A stretch of 20,522 bases of DNA from Acaryochloridaceae cyanobacterium VAR_48_metabat_390 (GCA_031422435.1 JANPLU010000080.1:1-20522), one strand, 5' to 3'; counted from the first letter of the stretch, positions 8,819 through 17,466 are shown. Made by a program: numbers and translations. Notes: generated from the sequence alone by a model not told the origin.

Positions 8819-8855
8819 AAAAAAATCTTCTAAAGAAACCTTTAGAAGATTTTTT
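8819..8855. terminator. Bidirectional intrinsic terminator downstream of tRNA-Leu
   Basis: AAAAAAATCTTCTAAAG-aaac-CTTTAGAAGATTTTTT forms a perfect stem with an A tract on one side and a T tract on the other. Confidence 0.85.
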
Positions 8856-8857
8856 AA

Positions 8858-8939
8858 TGCGGATGGCGAGACTCGAACTCGCACAGCGTGAGCCACACGC
8901 CCCTCAAGCGTGCGTGTCTACCAATTCCACCACATCCGC
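8858..8939 (-). tRNA. trnL: tRNA-Leu (anticodon GAG)
   Basis: Reverse complement is GCGGATGTGGTGGAATTGGTAGACACGCACGCTTGAGGGGCGTGTGGCTCACGCTGTGCGAGTTCGAGTCTCGCCATCCGCA. It has acceptor stem GCGGATG/CATCCGC, anticodon arm CACGC-TTGAGGG-GCGTG, a long variable arm, GTTCGA T-loop and discriminator A. CCA is not encoded. Confidence 0.98.
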
Positions 8940-8987
8940 AGGGTATTTGCTAAAGGGTTAGACTTGCTCTCCCATTTAGGCTTACAA

Positions 8988-8996
8988 AGTATAGCA
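8988..8996 (-). promoter_or_regulatory. Extended -10 promoter (TGcTATACT) for tRNA-Leu
   Basis: The minus strand reads TGCTATACT about 50 nt upstream of the mature tRNA 5' end. Confidence 0.55.
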
Positions 8997-9078
8997 GGTT
9001 TGTTTGACGTCAGAAAAGCATTTTCTTAAATTAGTCCATTACAGGCAGCGCTGAAGCAAAATGGAGTCTTCAGGATCT

Positions 9079-9087
9079 TGATACAAT
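9079..9087 (+). promoter_or_regulatory. Extended -10 promoter (TGaTACAAT) for lipA
   Basis: TGATACAAT about 32 nt upstream of the GTG start. Confidence 0.5.
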
Positions 9088-9119
9088 CTAGACAACTGAG
9101 CTAAAAGGTCAAAATATCT

Positions 9120-10034
9120 GTGGCGGTGAAACCAGACTGGCTGCGTGTCAAGGCTCCCCAATGGGAACGGGTGGGCAATGTAAAAGACATTTTGAGAGAC
9201 TTACAGCTTAATACAGTCTGCGAAGAAGCCTCTTGCCCCAATATTGGCGAGTGCTTTAGCAACGGTACAGCCACATTTTTGATCATGGGACCCGCCTGCA
9301 CCCGCGCCTGCCCTTACTGCGATATTGACTTTGAGAAAAAGCCCACGGCTTTAGATGCTACTGAGCCAACGCGCTTAGCCGAAGCCGTGCGCCGCATGAA
9401 CCTTAATCATGTGGTTATCACCTCCGTTAACCGCGATGACCTGCTTGACGGGGGCGCAGGTCAGTTTGTCCAGTGCATCCAAAATATACGGGTGCTTTCC
9501 CCTAAAACCACCATTGAGGTTTTGATCCCAGATCTGTGCGGCAACTGGGATGCGCTGTCTCAAGTTTTAGCCGCCCAGCCCGATGTCCTCAATCACAACA
9601 CCGAAACCGTCCCGCGCCTGTACCGTCGGGTGCGTCCTCAAGGCGATTATGGGCGATCGCTAGAATTACTGCGGCGATCGCGGGAAATTGCGCCTTGGGT
9701 CTACACCAAATCTGGCGTGATGGCAGGGCTAGGCGAAACCGCCAAGGAAATTGAGCAGGTGATGGCAGATTTGCGCCAGGTAGACTGCGATATTGTCACC
9801 CTCGGTCAATACCTTCAGCCCACGCCCAAGCATTTGCCTGTAAAAGATTTTGTCACCCCAGCTCAGTTTGAGGCGTGGCGCATAGCGGGGGAAGCGCTCG
9901 GCTTTTTGCAGGTTGTCTCTTCGCCGCTCACGCGCAGCTCTTACCATGCCGAAGAAGTGCGCCGACTGATGGTGCAACATCCCCGTCAAAAGCCCATGAT
10001 TGCATCGACACAAACGCCCATTGCTGTAGCTTAG
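9120..10034 (+). CDS. lipA: Lipoyl synthase (radical SAM)
   Basis: KPDWLRVK, auxiliary-cluster motif [12 protein letters not shown] (CX4CX5C), radical-SAM motif [15 protein letters not shown] and C-terminal RSSY. Confidence 0.97.
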   Translation: MAVKPDWLRVKAPQWERVGNVKDILRDLQLNTVCEEASCPNIGECFSNGTATFLIMGPACTRACPYCDIDFEKKPTALDATEPTRLAEAVRRMNLNHVVITSVNRDDLLDGGAGQFVQCIQNIRVLSPKTTIEVLIPDLCGNWDALSQVLAAQPDVLNHNTETVPRLYRRVRPQGDYGRSLELLRRSREIAPWVYTKSGVMAGLGETAKEIEQVMADLRQVDCDIVTLGQYLQPTPKHLPVKDFVTPAQFEAWRIAGEALGFLQVVSSPLTRSSYHAEEVRRLMVQHPRQKPMIASTQTPIAVA

Positions 10035-10043
10035 ATAGTCTGA

Positions 10044-11813
10044 ATGACCTCCTCCCTTTCAACGCCAAAATATTCCCGATTTCAAAAGCTGCTCCACTAC
10101 CTTCGCCCTCACAAAGTTCGCGTTGCAATTGGCGTGGTAACGCTGTTTGCGGTTAACGGCATTGGCACCTACCTGCCGATTTTGATTAGCAAGGTGATTG
10201 ACGAACTGCAAACGAAGTTTGAACTCTCGCAGCTCTGGCAAGAGGTGGGGCTAATTGTAGGGCTGGCCTCTCTCATGCTGCTGATGCGGATGGGTTCTCG
10301 GATTGCAATTTTTGGCGTAGGTCGTCAGGTTGAGTTTGACCTCAAGCAGCAAATTTTTGACCACGTTTTGCGATTGGAACCCGCCTACTTTGCCACCCGC
10401 ACCATTGGCGATCTCATCAACCGCGCCACCAGCGATGTCGATAACATCCGGCGACTGGTGGGCTTCGCGCTGTTGAGCTTTGTGAATACGCTCTTTGCCT
10501 ACATGCTGACGCTCCCTGTCATGTTTGGCATTGATGTAAAGCTTAGTCTGGCAGCGATCGCCATTTACCCGTTCATCATGCTGCTGGTGCGTGCCTTCAG
10601 TGAGCGCCTTAAAGCACAGCAGGTTGCGGTGCAAGAATGTCTGTCTCGGCTCAGCGACCTGATCCAAGAAGACATGAGCGGCATTTCGCTCATTAAAATT
10701 TACGCCCAAGAGCAAAACGAACAGCAGGCGTTTGTCCACCTCAATCAAAAGCTGCTGGATGCCAATCTACGCCTTGCCAAAACCCGCAATACGTTGTTCC
10801 CGATCTTGGGTGGTTTAGCCAGCCTTAGCCTACTTGTGCTGATCTGGTTTGGGGGACAGGCGATCGCCAGTGGCGCAATCACCATCGGCGGTTTTGTCGC
10901 GTTGATTCTTTATGTGGAGCGGCTGATCTTCCCGACGGCCTTGCTAGGCTTTACCATCACCGCCTACCAGCGGGGCGAAGTCAGCATTGACCGCATTGAG
11001 TCCATTTTGACCGTCCAGCCTGCTATCGACAGCAAACCAGGGGCGATCGCCCTACCCCTTTCAGAAGTACAGGGCAAGCTCCAGGCACGTCACCTTACCT
11101 TTACCTATCCTGGTGCCGAGCAACCCGCCCTTCAGGACGTTTCCTTTACTTTAGAACCTGGCACCACTGTGGCAATCGTTGGGCCGGTGGGCTGCGGCAA
11201 GTCTACCCTTGCCAATGCGCTGCCGCGTTTACTTAATATCCAGCCCGATCAGCTTTTTTTAGATGGGCATGACACCACCCAAATTCGACTGCGGGATCTT
11301 AGAGGGGCGATCGCCTACGTCCCTCAAGACAGCTTTTTGTTTAGCACCACCCTCAAAAACAACATCCGCTACGGCAACCCTAGTGTTGAGCAGTATGAAA
11401 TTGAGCAGGCTGCCAAACAGGCTCAAGTCCACAGCGAAATCCTGAATTTTCCTCAAACCTACAAAACCCTCGTGGGTGAACGAGGCATCACGCTTTCCGG
11501 CGGTCAGCGTCAGCGCACGGCGTTGGCACGGGCTTTGGTGATAGACGCACCCATTTTAATTTTGGATGATGCCCTTGCCAGCGTAGACAACCAAACCGCG
11601 ACCAATATCCTCAAAAACCTGACCGAAGGAACCCAGCGCAAGACAGTCTTGTTTATAACTCACCAGCTTTCAGCAGCGGCGATCGCCGACCAGATTTGGG
11701 TGATGGACAAAGGCCAAATTGTGCAGGTGGGCACCCATGAAGATCTGTTGACTAAACCAGGGCTATATCAGACTTTGTGGAGTCAGTATCAGCTAGAGAA
11801 ATCCCTCGATTAG
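10044..11813 (+). CDS. ABC exporter, fused TMD+NBD (MdlA/MsbA-like half transporter)
   Basis: Six-TM N-terminal domain, GPVGCGKST, VGERGITLSGGQRQR, Walker B LILDD, ITH; 9 nt after lipA. Confidence 0.92.
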   Translation: MTSSLSTPKYSRFQKLLHYLRPHKVRVAIGVVTLFAVNGIGTYLPILISKVIDELQTKFELSQLWQEVGLIVGLASLMLLMRMGSRIAIFGVGRQVEFDLKQQIFDHVLRLEPAYFATRTIGDLINRATSDVDNIRRLVGFALLSFVNTLFAYMLTLPVMFGIDVKLSLAAIAIYPFIMLLVRAFSERLKAQQVAVQECLSRLSDLIQEDMSGISLIKIYAQEQNEQQAFVHLNQKLLDANLRLAKTRNTLFPILGGLASLSLLVLIWFGGQAIASGAITIGGFVALILYVERLIFPTALLGFTITAYQRGEVSIDRIESILTVQPAIDSKPGAIALPLSEVQGKLQARHLTFTYPGAEQPALQDVSFTLEPGTTVAIVGPVGCGKSTLANALPRLLNIQPDQLFLDGHDTTQIRLRDLRGAIAYVPQDSFLFSTTLKNNIRYGNPSVEQYEIEQAAKQAQVHSEILNFPQTYKTLVGERGITLSGGQRQRTALARALVIDAPILILDDALASVDNQTATNILKNLTEGTQRKTVLFITHQLSAAAIADQIWVMDKGQIVQVGTHEDLLTKPGLYQTLWSQYQLEKSLD

Positions 11814-11815
11814 CT

Positions 11816-13237
11816 CTACTCATAAGCATTTTGGTGTTTGAGCATGGTTAACGTTGTCTTTGCCATAATCTTTAGATCTAGCCGAAGCGACCAATTTTTC
11901 AGGTAGTCAATGTCGTAGGCAACCCGCTGCCGAAGGCTCTCCTGGGTTTCGTATTCGCTGTATAGACCGTGAATTTGCGCCCAGCCCGTTATACCGGATT
12001 TAACTTCACGACCTAAACGGTATTGACCGGCATAGTCACGATATAAATCATCATGCGCCAAAAGCTGAGGGCGTGGGCCAACAATGCTCATATCGCCCAG
12101 CAATACATTGAAAAGCTGTGGTAGGCTCTCTAGCCCCGTCTTTTTTAGGAATGCTCCAATGCCGGAAAATGCGGGTTGCGAAGCAGAGTGTTTTTGTCCA
12201 GCTTTAATTGTTCTGAACTTATAGACCGTTATGGGTTTTCCATCAAAGCTATAGCGCTGTTGCTTAACGAAAATAGAGCCATGGGTCGTCAGTTGAAGGG
12301 CGATCGCCACACTCAACATCACGGGCAGGGTTAAAACCAATGTGCCCACCGCAACGGCAATATCTGTGACGCGCTTTGCAACGATTTCAGGTGTTATGAC
12401 CGGAATTTCTGAGACTGCAATCAGCGGTACGCCTTTGAAGTTTTGAACTTTTGCCTGCATTAGGCTGAAGGCGGTAATGTTAGGCACAAAATAGACGCTG
12501 ACTGTCGTATCTTTGAGTGCGTCAATGAGCTGACTAACCTTGGTTGATTCCTGAACTGCCATTGCGATGTACACCACATCAATGCGGTAGCGTCTCACAT
12601 AGTCAGGCAATTCTTCTAAGGTTCCAATTAAGGGTTTAGTCTTAATCTCAGTCATTGCCTCAAGGGGTTCTTCCGTAAAAAAACCGCAGAACTGAAGCCC
12701 AAACTGAGGACTATCCCGAAACTGTTCTGCCAGCATTTGACTGAGCGCTTGCGTCCCCGCAATAACGGCTTTACGAGAATTTAACCCCGTGGCGCGCAGT
12801 CGTCGCAACAGCAGCCGCAACTTGAGATGATGAAAACACAGCGCAAAGGGCGTAATTACAAACCACGAACACAGCAGCAGCCGCGAAAATAAAACCGAGG
12901 TTTGCGTAATGTAGCCTAGCAGCAGCAATAGCATACAAACAGAAGCCCAGGCCATCCAAATCCGAGGATAGGTTGCTGCAGGATGTTCACTTCTATAAGA
13001 GAGGTAAATGCCAGTGCTGCCAAAGACAGGCCACATGACCAGCGTTGTAAAAATAGACAGGAGGATGTAAGGCTGCGGTAAGAACTGGGTTTTAAATATC
13101 AGGGTAAGACCCCATAGAATCACCACAGCAAGCACGATATCTACAATGCGCTGAAGCAACCAGATGTGACGAGCATAGCGCTGTAGCCAGCCCATAGAGT
13201 GACGATGTTTTCTATGACCGAAGAGCATAGGGGTCAA
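11816..13237 (-). CDS. WcaJ/WbaP-like undecaprenyl-phosphate sugar phosphotransferase homologue, catalytic motif degenerate
   Basis: Four N-terminal TMs, a CoA-binding-like domain, then KR..DI, KFRT, LPQLFNVL.GDMSIVGPRP, GITGWAQ and DIDYL.NWSL.LD.KI. The start may be the ATG at 13228. Confidence 0.85.
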   Translation of the reverse strand: MTPMLFGHRKHRHSMGWLQRYARHIWLLQRIVDIVLAVVILWGLTLIFKTQFLPQPYILLSIFTTLVMWPVFGSTGIYLSYRSEHPAATYPRIWMAWASVCMLLLLLGYITQTSVLFSRLLLCSWFVITPFALCFHHLKLRLLLRRLRATGLNSRKAVIAGTQALSQMLAEQFRDSPQFGLQFCGFFTEEPLEAMTEIKTKPLIGTLEELPDYVRRYRIDVVYIAMAVQESTKVSQLIDALKDTTVSVYFVPNITAFSLMQAKVQNFKGVPLIAVSEIPVITPEIVAKRVTDIAVAVGTLVLTLPVMLSVAIALQLTTHGSIFVKQQRYSFDGKPITVYKFRTIKAGQKHSASQPAFSGIGAFLKKTGLESLPQLFNVLLGDMSIVGPRPQLLAHDDLYRDYAGQYRLGREVKSGITGWAQIHGLYSEYETQESLRQRVAYDIDYLKNWSLRLDLKIMAKTTLTMLKHQNAYE

Positions 13238-13566
13238 ATAATAGACTTAAGGCCAGGACAAAAAGAATCACGAACGCAACAGCCAGGGAATTAAGCCTTC
13301 GCAGTCATAGAATATAAAGTCCATCTTCGTAGATTACCCATTCATTTCTCAATAATTTCGGGTTTTCTGCCAACTACAGATTTTTATAATGAAGATGCTA
13401 CTCTTGACAGATATATAGATGAATGAGTCATCGCTGGCCTCTGTCTGATCTATCTCTGTCTAATTTTTTGCGTATTTAGCCAAGTTCTCAGGTCTGCATA
13501 GGTGGTCGAACCAAATTTTAAGATTAATTTTTGAGATAACGTATCCATTCATTCTTGAAAGCTGTA

Positions 13567-14214
13567 ATGTTTCAAAAATCATCTTTTGACCTGCTTAAGC
13601 GTCGTCCACGGGTAAGGGGGCTTTCCTACGTTGAGGTTATGATCAGTATGATCACCTCGGCGATATTTTTAAGCACGACGCTGCAAGCTTACGTTGCAGC
13701 AACGGGCATTCGGGCGAGAAGTCAGCAGATTAATACGGCGATCGCAGAAATTCAGGCCGATGTAGAGTCCCTTCGCCAGATGGCACAAACCCTCCCTCAA
13801 ACGGTGGCGGACTGTCAACGTTCATCTGCTGGCAGCTATGCCCAGCAGATGATGGTAACCGTTATCGCTAAGGATACAGCGGCCTATAAAATTTCCCCTC
13901 AAACCCAATCTCCTCAAGCTGACATCAGTGCTATTGAGCAAAGGGAAGGGCAGTCTGTTCTTAAACAATCCACCACTTTGCCGATTTTGGGATTACCCGA
14001 TGGCTATAGGCTACGCCGCATTTTATGGGTAGACAAGAGCGTTCCGCCTGCCGCTCAGATGCTGCAAGTGTCTTATAAAGTGCTTCGCTACTCTACTCTT
14101 TCTCAAGAGGAGGAAGAGGCGGCTCGTTCTCCATCCTTTCAGGTTCGATCAGAGTCTTCGCTTGCCCAACTTCATACCTCCATTTTTCCTAATGCGGCAC
14201 TGGTTTGTTTTTAG
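13567..14214 (+). CDS. Type IV minor pilin-like protein (PilV-like)
   Basis: Basic leader KRRPRVRG, then LSYVE (Glu at +5) and a hydrophobic helix. I chose the in-frame ATG at 13567 over the TTG at 13555. Confidence 0.75.
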   Translation: MFQKSSFDLLKRRPRVRGLSYVEVMISMITSAIFLSTTLQAYVAATGIRARSQQINTAIAEIQADVESLRQMAQTLPQTVADCQRSSAGSYAQQMMVTVIAKDTAAYKISPQTQSPQADISAIEQREGQSVLKQSTTLPILGLPDGYRLRRILWVDKSVPPAAQMLQVSYKVLRYSTLSQEEEEAARSPSFQVRSESSLAQLHTSIFPNAALVCF

Positions 14215-14683
14215 AAGACCCACAACAGGGTTTACCCAGATTGAGCTGATGGTTACGGTGATAGTGGTTGGCGTTTTGGCGGCGATCGCCTTTCCGAGTC
14301 TTGCTCCCTGGCTGCGGCAACAGCAGGTGAATGCGGCAATAAACCAGGTTGATCTGGCACTTCAGGAATCTCAGAATGAAGCCATTAAGCGCAATCAAAT
14401 CTGTCAGACCACTTTAACGCGCGGTAATAACGTGAGAGTGCAAGGCAATTGCCTAGTATCAGAGGAGCGGACGCTAAATGGAGTAACGGTTGACCACAGC
14501 CGCCGAGATGCTGTGTGGACCATTTCGTTTAATGCCCAGGGCGAAAATCGATCGCCCGTAAATGATCCTGGTACACTTTGGCTAAGTGCGCCCAGTACCC
14601 AAGCAAAATGTTTGGTTATCTCCGTTGGCATTGGTCTGCGGCGGACGGGAAAGTACGTTAATAACGCCTGCGTTACGCCTTAA
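14192..14683 (+). CDS. Type IV minor pilin (FimT/FimU/GspH-like)
   Basis: RRPTTG|FTQIELMVTVIVVGVLAAIAFPS, plus SQNEAIKRN, ISFNAQG and C-terminal Cys residues. The ATG at 14192 overlaps the end of the upstream gene. Confidence 0.88.
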   Translation: MRHWFVFRRPTTGFTQIELMVTVIVVGVLAAIAFPSLAPWLRQQQVNAAINQVDLALQESQNEAIKRNQICQTTLTRGNNVRVQGNCLVSEERTLNGVTVDHSRRDAVWTISFNAQGENRSPVNDPGTLWLSAPSTQAKCLVISVGIGLRRTGKYVNNACVTP

Positions 14684-14705
14684 GTTTTCTTCTGTAGGCC
14701 GTCTA

Positions 14706-15284
14706 ATGCGCTCTGCTAAAGCTGGATTTACCTTAGTTGAATTGCTGGTTGCTGCTGCCGCCAGCTTAATTTTGAGCGGCGTTGCCCTAATGGGGCTAGT
14801 CACCTTGCAACAAATGAGCCAACAAATGGACGAGCGCCTAGTGCAAGAAGCCGAACTGCGACGCGCACTGAATCTCATTTCAACCGATATTCAAGAGGGG
14901 AAACGAATTCAGGCAGGGGCACCGTCTCGTTCTGGCTATAGTTCGCTGTTCCAAAGTATTCGATCGGATGGTTCTGCAATCAGCTACTACACGAAAAAAC
15001 GCGGCGATTTAGTCTGGGCAGGGCCACAAATTCTCTATCGCTGGGATCCTCAAAGTGAGGATAATGCCTATGCATTAGTAGATCAAATTGCCGATATTGA
15101 TGGCGTGAACATTAAACCCTCTGATGTTTGCACGGGCGCAGGAACCTTGGTGAGCAATAAAACAGGGGTAGTGGTGTGGATTGATGGTCAGAGTACGGCG
15201 AAGGTCTGTCTGCTGGGGCATTTAGCGAAATCAAACGCTGGGGCAAAAGCTTCAATTACTGCCTCAACTCGCGTTGCACCCTAG
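14706..15284 (+). CDS. Type IV minor pilin (PilW/GspJ-like)
   Basis: MRSAKAG|FTLVELLV, plus ELRRALNLIS.DI.E and W.GP.ILYRW. The ATG at 14706 fits a prepilin leader better than the ORF-track start at 14586. Confidence 0.88.
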   Translation: MRSAKAGFTLVELLVAAAASLILSGVALMGLVTLQQMSQQMDERLVQEAELRRALNLISTDIQEGKRIQAGAPSRSGYSSLFQSIRSDGSAISYYTKKRGDLVWAGPQILYRWDPQSEDNAYALVDQIADIDGVNIKPSDVCTGAGTLVSNKTGVVVWIDGQSTAKVCLLGHLAKSNAGAKASITASTRVAP

Positions 15285-15295
15285 GTTAGGCGGTT

Positions 15296-16258
15296 ATGGC
15301 GCGACCTAATGATCGTGAGAATAATCTTGGGCAGTTAGACAACAACATAGCGGTCATTCAGTATTCTTCCTTGACACAGTGGTTGGCGGATCGGCTGGCA
15401 GTAGCGATCTCCGCGTTAGCGCCGATGCAGAATGTTCCGCTAGACTTTATACCGCTGCCCTTATTTACCCCTAGCATTTATTTTGGAACCTTTGCCTCCC
15501 CAGTGCTACTGAAATTATCGAGAGGGGAGGGCGTATCAGCGCAGCACTTAGGAACTCGGATCTTGCAAACTTTCGTGCATCAATCTGAGCCAGAAGAATT
15601 TAACCCCAAACTTTGGATAAACCCTGAGGGCTGGCTTTATGCTGGCTTTGATACAAACCATCTTGCCAAGTTTCTCCAGAATCTAATTACAGCAGAGCCA
15701 ACGCTTTTAGCCTCAGTATTAACGAAAGAAGCCCTAGAAATTAGATCTCCCATCATTAGTTCAGATCCAGTTTTTTTTGAGTTGCAGTACGCTCACGCCC
15801 GCTGCTCTAGTCTGCTGCGCCTCGGGCACCAAGAAAAATTCCTTCCGCCTAAAGATCTAGAGCATTATTTCACAGGCTGCGGAACTTCGCTTTGGCAAAC
15901 AGACGGCGGCGAACTGCGATTAAAAACTAAAGCCGAACAGGCGCTTTTGAGCGCGCTACTTCAGTTTCCGCAGTCTCTCTCGCCTCAAAAGGTGGCTTAT
16001 GGCTGCTGTGCCCCAACAGTATCTGGTGCTGAGACGAGGGTGATGTGGCCTTTACCTCAAGCTCACCTTCGTAAACAGGCAGTGTTTTGGGGTCAATTAT
16101 TCTCTAACTTTTACAGTGACTGTAGACTGTTTGGCGAAATTCAAACCCGAGAGCCGCAGATCGCCTCTGCCAGATTTGCCCTCGTTTTAATAGTTAAAAA
16201 AGTATTGGCGTTTTTTCTAGAAGATATTTTGCAGATGACCGCGCCTCTAACGCTATAG
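15296..16258 (+). CDS. Stand-alone DALR anticodon-binding-domain protein (ArgRS-like, no catalytic domain)
   Basis: QYAHARCSSLLR, F..FY..CR.F and ARF.L....K..L...L...L...AP..L match the ArgRS DALR domain; no HIGH or KMSKS motif. Confidence 0.82.
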   Translation: MARPNDRENNLGQLDNNIAVIQYSSLTQWLADRLAVAISALAPMQNVPLDFIPLPLFTPSIYFGTFASPVLLKLSRGEGVSAQHLGTRILQTFVHQSEPEEFNPKLWINPEGWLYAGFDTNHLAKFLQNLITAEPTLLASVLTKEALEIRSPIISSDPVFFELQYAHARCSSLLRLGHQEKFLPPKDLEHYFTGCGTSLWQTDGGELRLKTKAEQALLSALLQFPQSLSPQKVAYGCCAPTVSGAETRVMWPLPQAHLRKQAVFWGQLFSNFYSDCRLFGEIQTREPQIASARFALVLIVKKVLAFFLEDILQMTAPLTL

Positions 16259-16294
16259 CCGCTTTAACGCTACGGCATATTTCGCAATACACCG

Positions 16295-16323
16295 ATGACA
16301 TTTTTGACAACCTTCAGTAATAT
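16295..16323 (+). promoter_or_regulatory. Sigma70-type promoter for the Yfr2-like sRNA
   Basis: ATGACA (16295-16300), a 17-nt spacer and TAATAT (16318-16323), ending 8 nt before the GTGTGAGG 5' motif. Confidence 0.65.
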
Positions 16324-16331
16324 GAAGCCAA

Positions 16332-16394
16332 GTGTGAGGCGTGAACCAGAGAAGGCACCGAGACGAAACACGGAGAGTCGTCGGTGCCTTTTTT
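16332..16394 (+). ncRNA. yfr2: Yfr2 / Cyano-1 family small RNA
   Basis: 5' GTGTGAGGcGTGAACC motif, then stem AAGGCACCGA-GAC / GTC-g-TCGGTGCCTT with a GAAACA-containing loop and a T run. This matches the Yfr2 architecture as I recall it. Confidence 0.8.
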
Positions 16395-16399
16395 GATCT

Positions 16400-17293
16400 T
16401 TATGCAGATGCATCCAGCAAAATTTGGGAAAGGGCGATCGCCACACCATCCCCCTCGACATCTGGCGCAACCCAATCTGCAAATGCCTGGACGGGAGGGG
16501 GTGCATTCCCCATCGCCACGCCAATTCCTGCATACTGAATCATTTCTACGTCATTAAAATTATCGCCAATAGTCAAAACTTGGTGTGGGCTTAACCCGAG
16601 CAGATCCTCGGCAATGTACTTGACTGCCGTCCCTTTGTTGACTAAGGGATTGGTCGCCTCAAAAAAGGTTGCGATCGATTTTGTGAGGTACAGCTCTGCG
16701 GGGGAATACTGCGATCGCAGATGGGTATAGAGCGAATCAATATGGGCTGAGTTTTGGCTGAGAGCCAATAATTTAGTCGGTTCATGCTGAGCAAGCAGAT
16801 CTTTTAGATTGCCGATGGGAAATAGCGTTACCCCCGTGCGATCGCTATAAAGCTGGGACTCTGGCGTGACTTCCCGCACATAAAGGCGATCATTTACATA
16901 GGCGTGAACCGACAGATGCTGTTGAAAATCTACCTGCTCAAAATAGGCCAGAAGCTGCAAAGCCGTCGGTTTTGCTAAAGTCCAGTGGCGATGCACTCTA
17001 CCCGTTTTAGGCTCCTGGATCAGCGCACCCTGATAAGTCATCAGCGGTAGGTCTAAGCCTAACGTCTCATAGAACCGGAGGGCAGAGTGGAACATTCTGC
17101 CCGTGGCGATCGCCACCTGAATGCCTTTATCCCGCACAGCTCGAACTGCATCCTGCACCCTAGCGCTAATTTCGTTATTTTCCCCTGCGATAGTGCCGTC
17201 TATATCTAGCACAACCAGGCGAATCGCTTCACCCCGTTTAGGATCAAGGGTTAGGGGCACGGGCGCGGATGCGGCGGCAGAAAATTCAATCAC
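16400..17293 (-). CDS. Cof-type HAD-IIB hydrolase
   Basis: Motifs DIDGT, ATGR, NKG and GDNFNDVEM, followed by GVAMGNA. Confidence 0.93.
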   Translation of the reverse strand: MIEFSAAASAPVPLTLDPKRGEAIRLVVLDIDGTIAGENNEISARVQDAVRAVRDKGIQVAIATGRMFHSALRFYETLGLDLPLMTYQGALIQEPKTGRVHRHWTLAKPTALQLLAYFEQVDFQQHLSVHAYVNDRLYVREVTPESQLYSDRTGVTLFPIGNLKDLLAQHEPTKLLALSQNSAHIDSLYTHLRSQYSPAELYLTKSIATFFEATNPLVNKGTAVKYIAEDLLGLSPHQVLTIGDNFNDVEMIQYAGIGVAMGNAPPPVQAFADWVAPDVEGDGVAIALSQILLDASA

Positions 17294-17466
17294 AGGGGAG
17301 ACTCACTTACAGGGTATGCCTTTACTGTGTACTGGAACTTCAGCGTTAAGGCAAGCCCATAGGCTACCGAAGGGGCTACTGAATGGCAGTATCTTGTGAG
17401 TGATATCGTAGAATTGAGACTCCAAGCCGCCTTTGTTCGTCCATCAGCCCTACTATTTCAGACACC

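Noticed and set aside
6266..9652. HIP1-free stretch around the tRNA-Leu, as a possible integrated island
   Set aside because: No integrase, no duplicated tRNA 3' end (att site) found by eye, and the gap includes core features such as the tRNA and the start of lipA.
14162..14705. ORF-track starts at 14162 and 14586 for the second and third pilins
   Set aside because: They create long overlaps; ATG 14192 and ATG 14706 give normal short prepilin leaders.
16332..16342. Yfr1 on the minus strand (ACGCCTCACAC)
   Set aside because: Promoter, loop motif and T-tail all point to a plus-strand Yfr2; the resemblance reflects Yfr1/Yfr2 complementarity.
16270..16538. ORFs 16270-16533(-) and 16341-16538(+)
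   Set aside because: They overlap the Cof gene and the sRNA and have no recognisable protein features.
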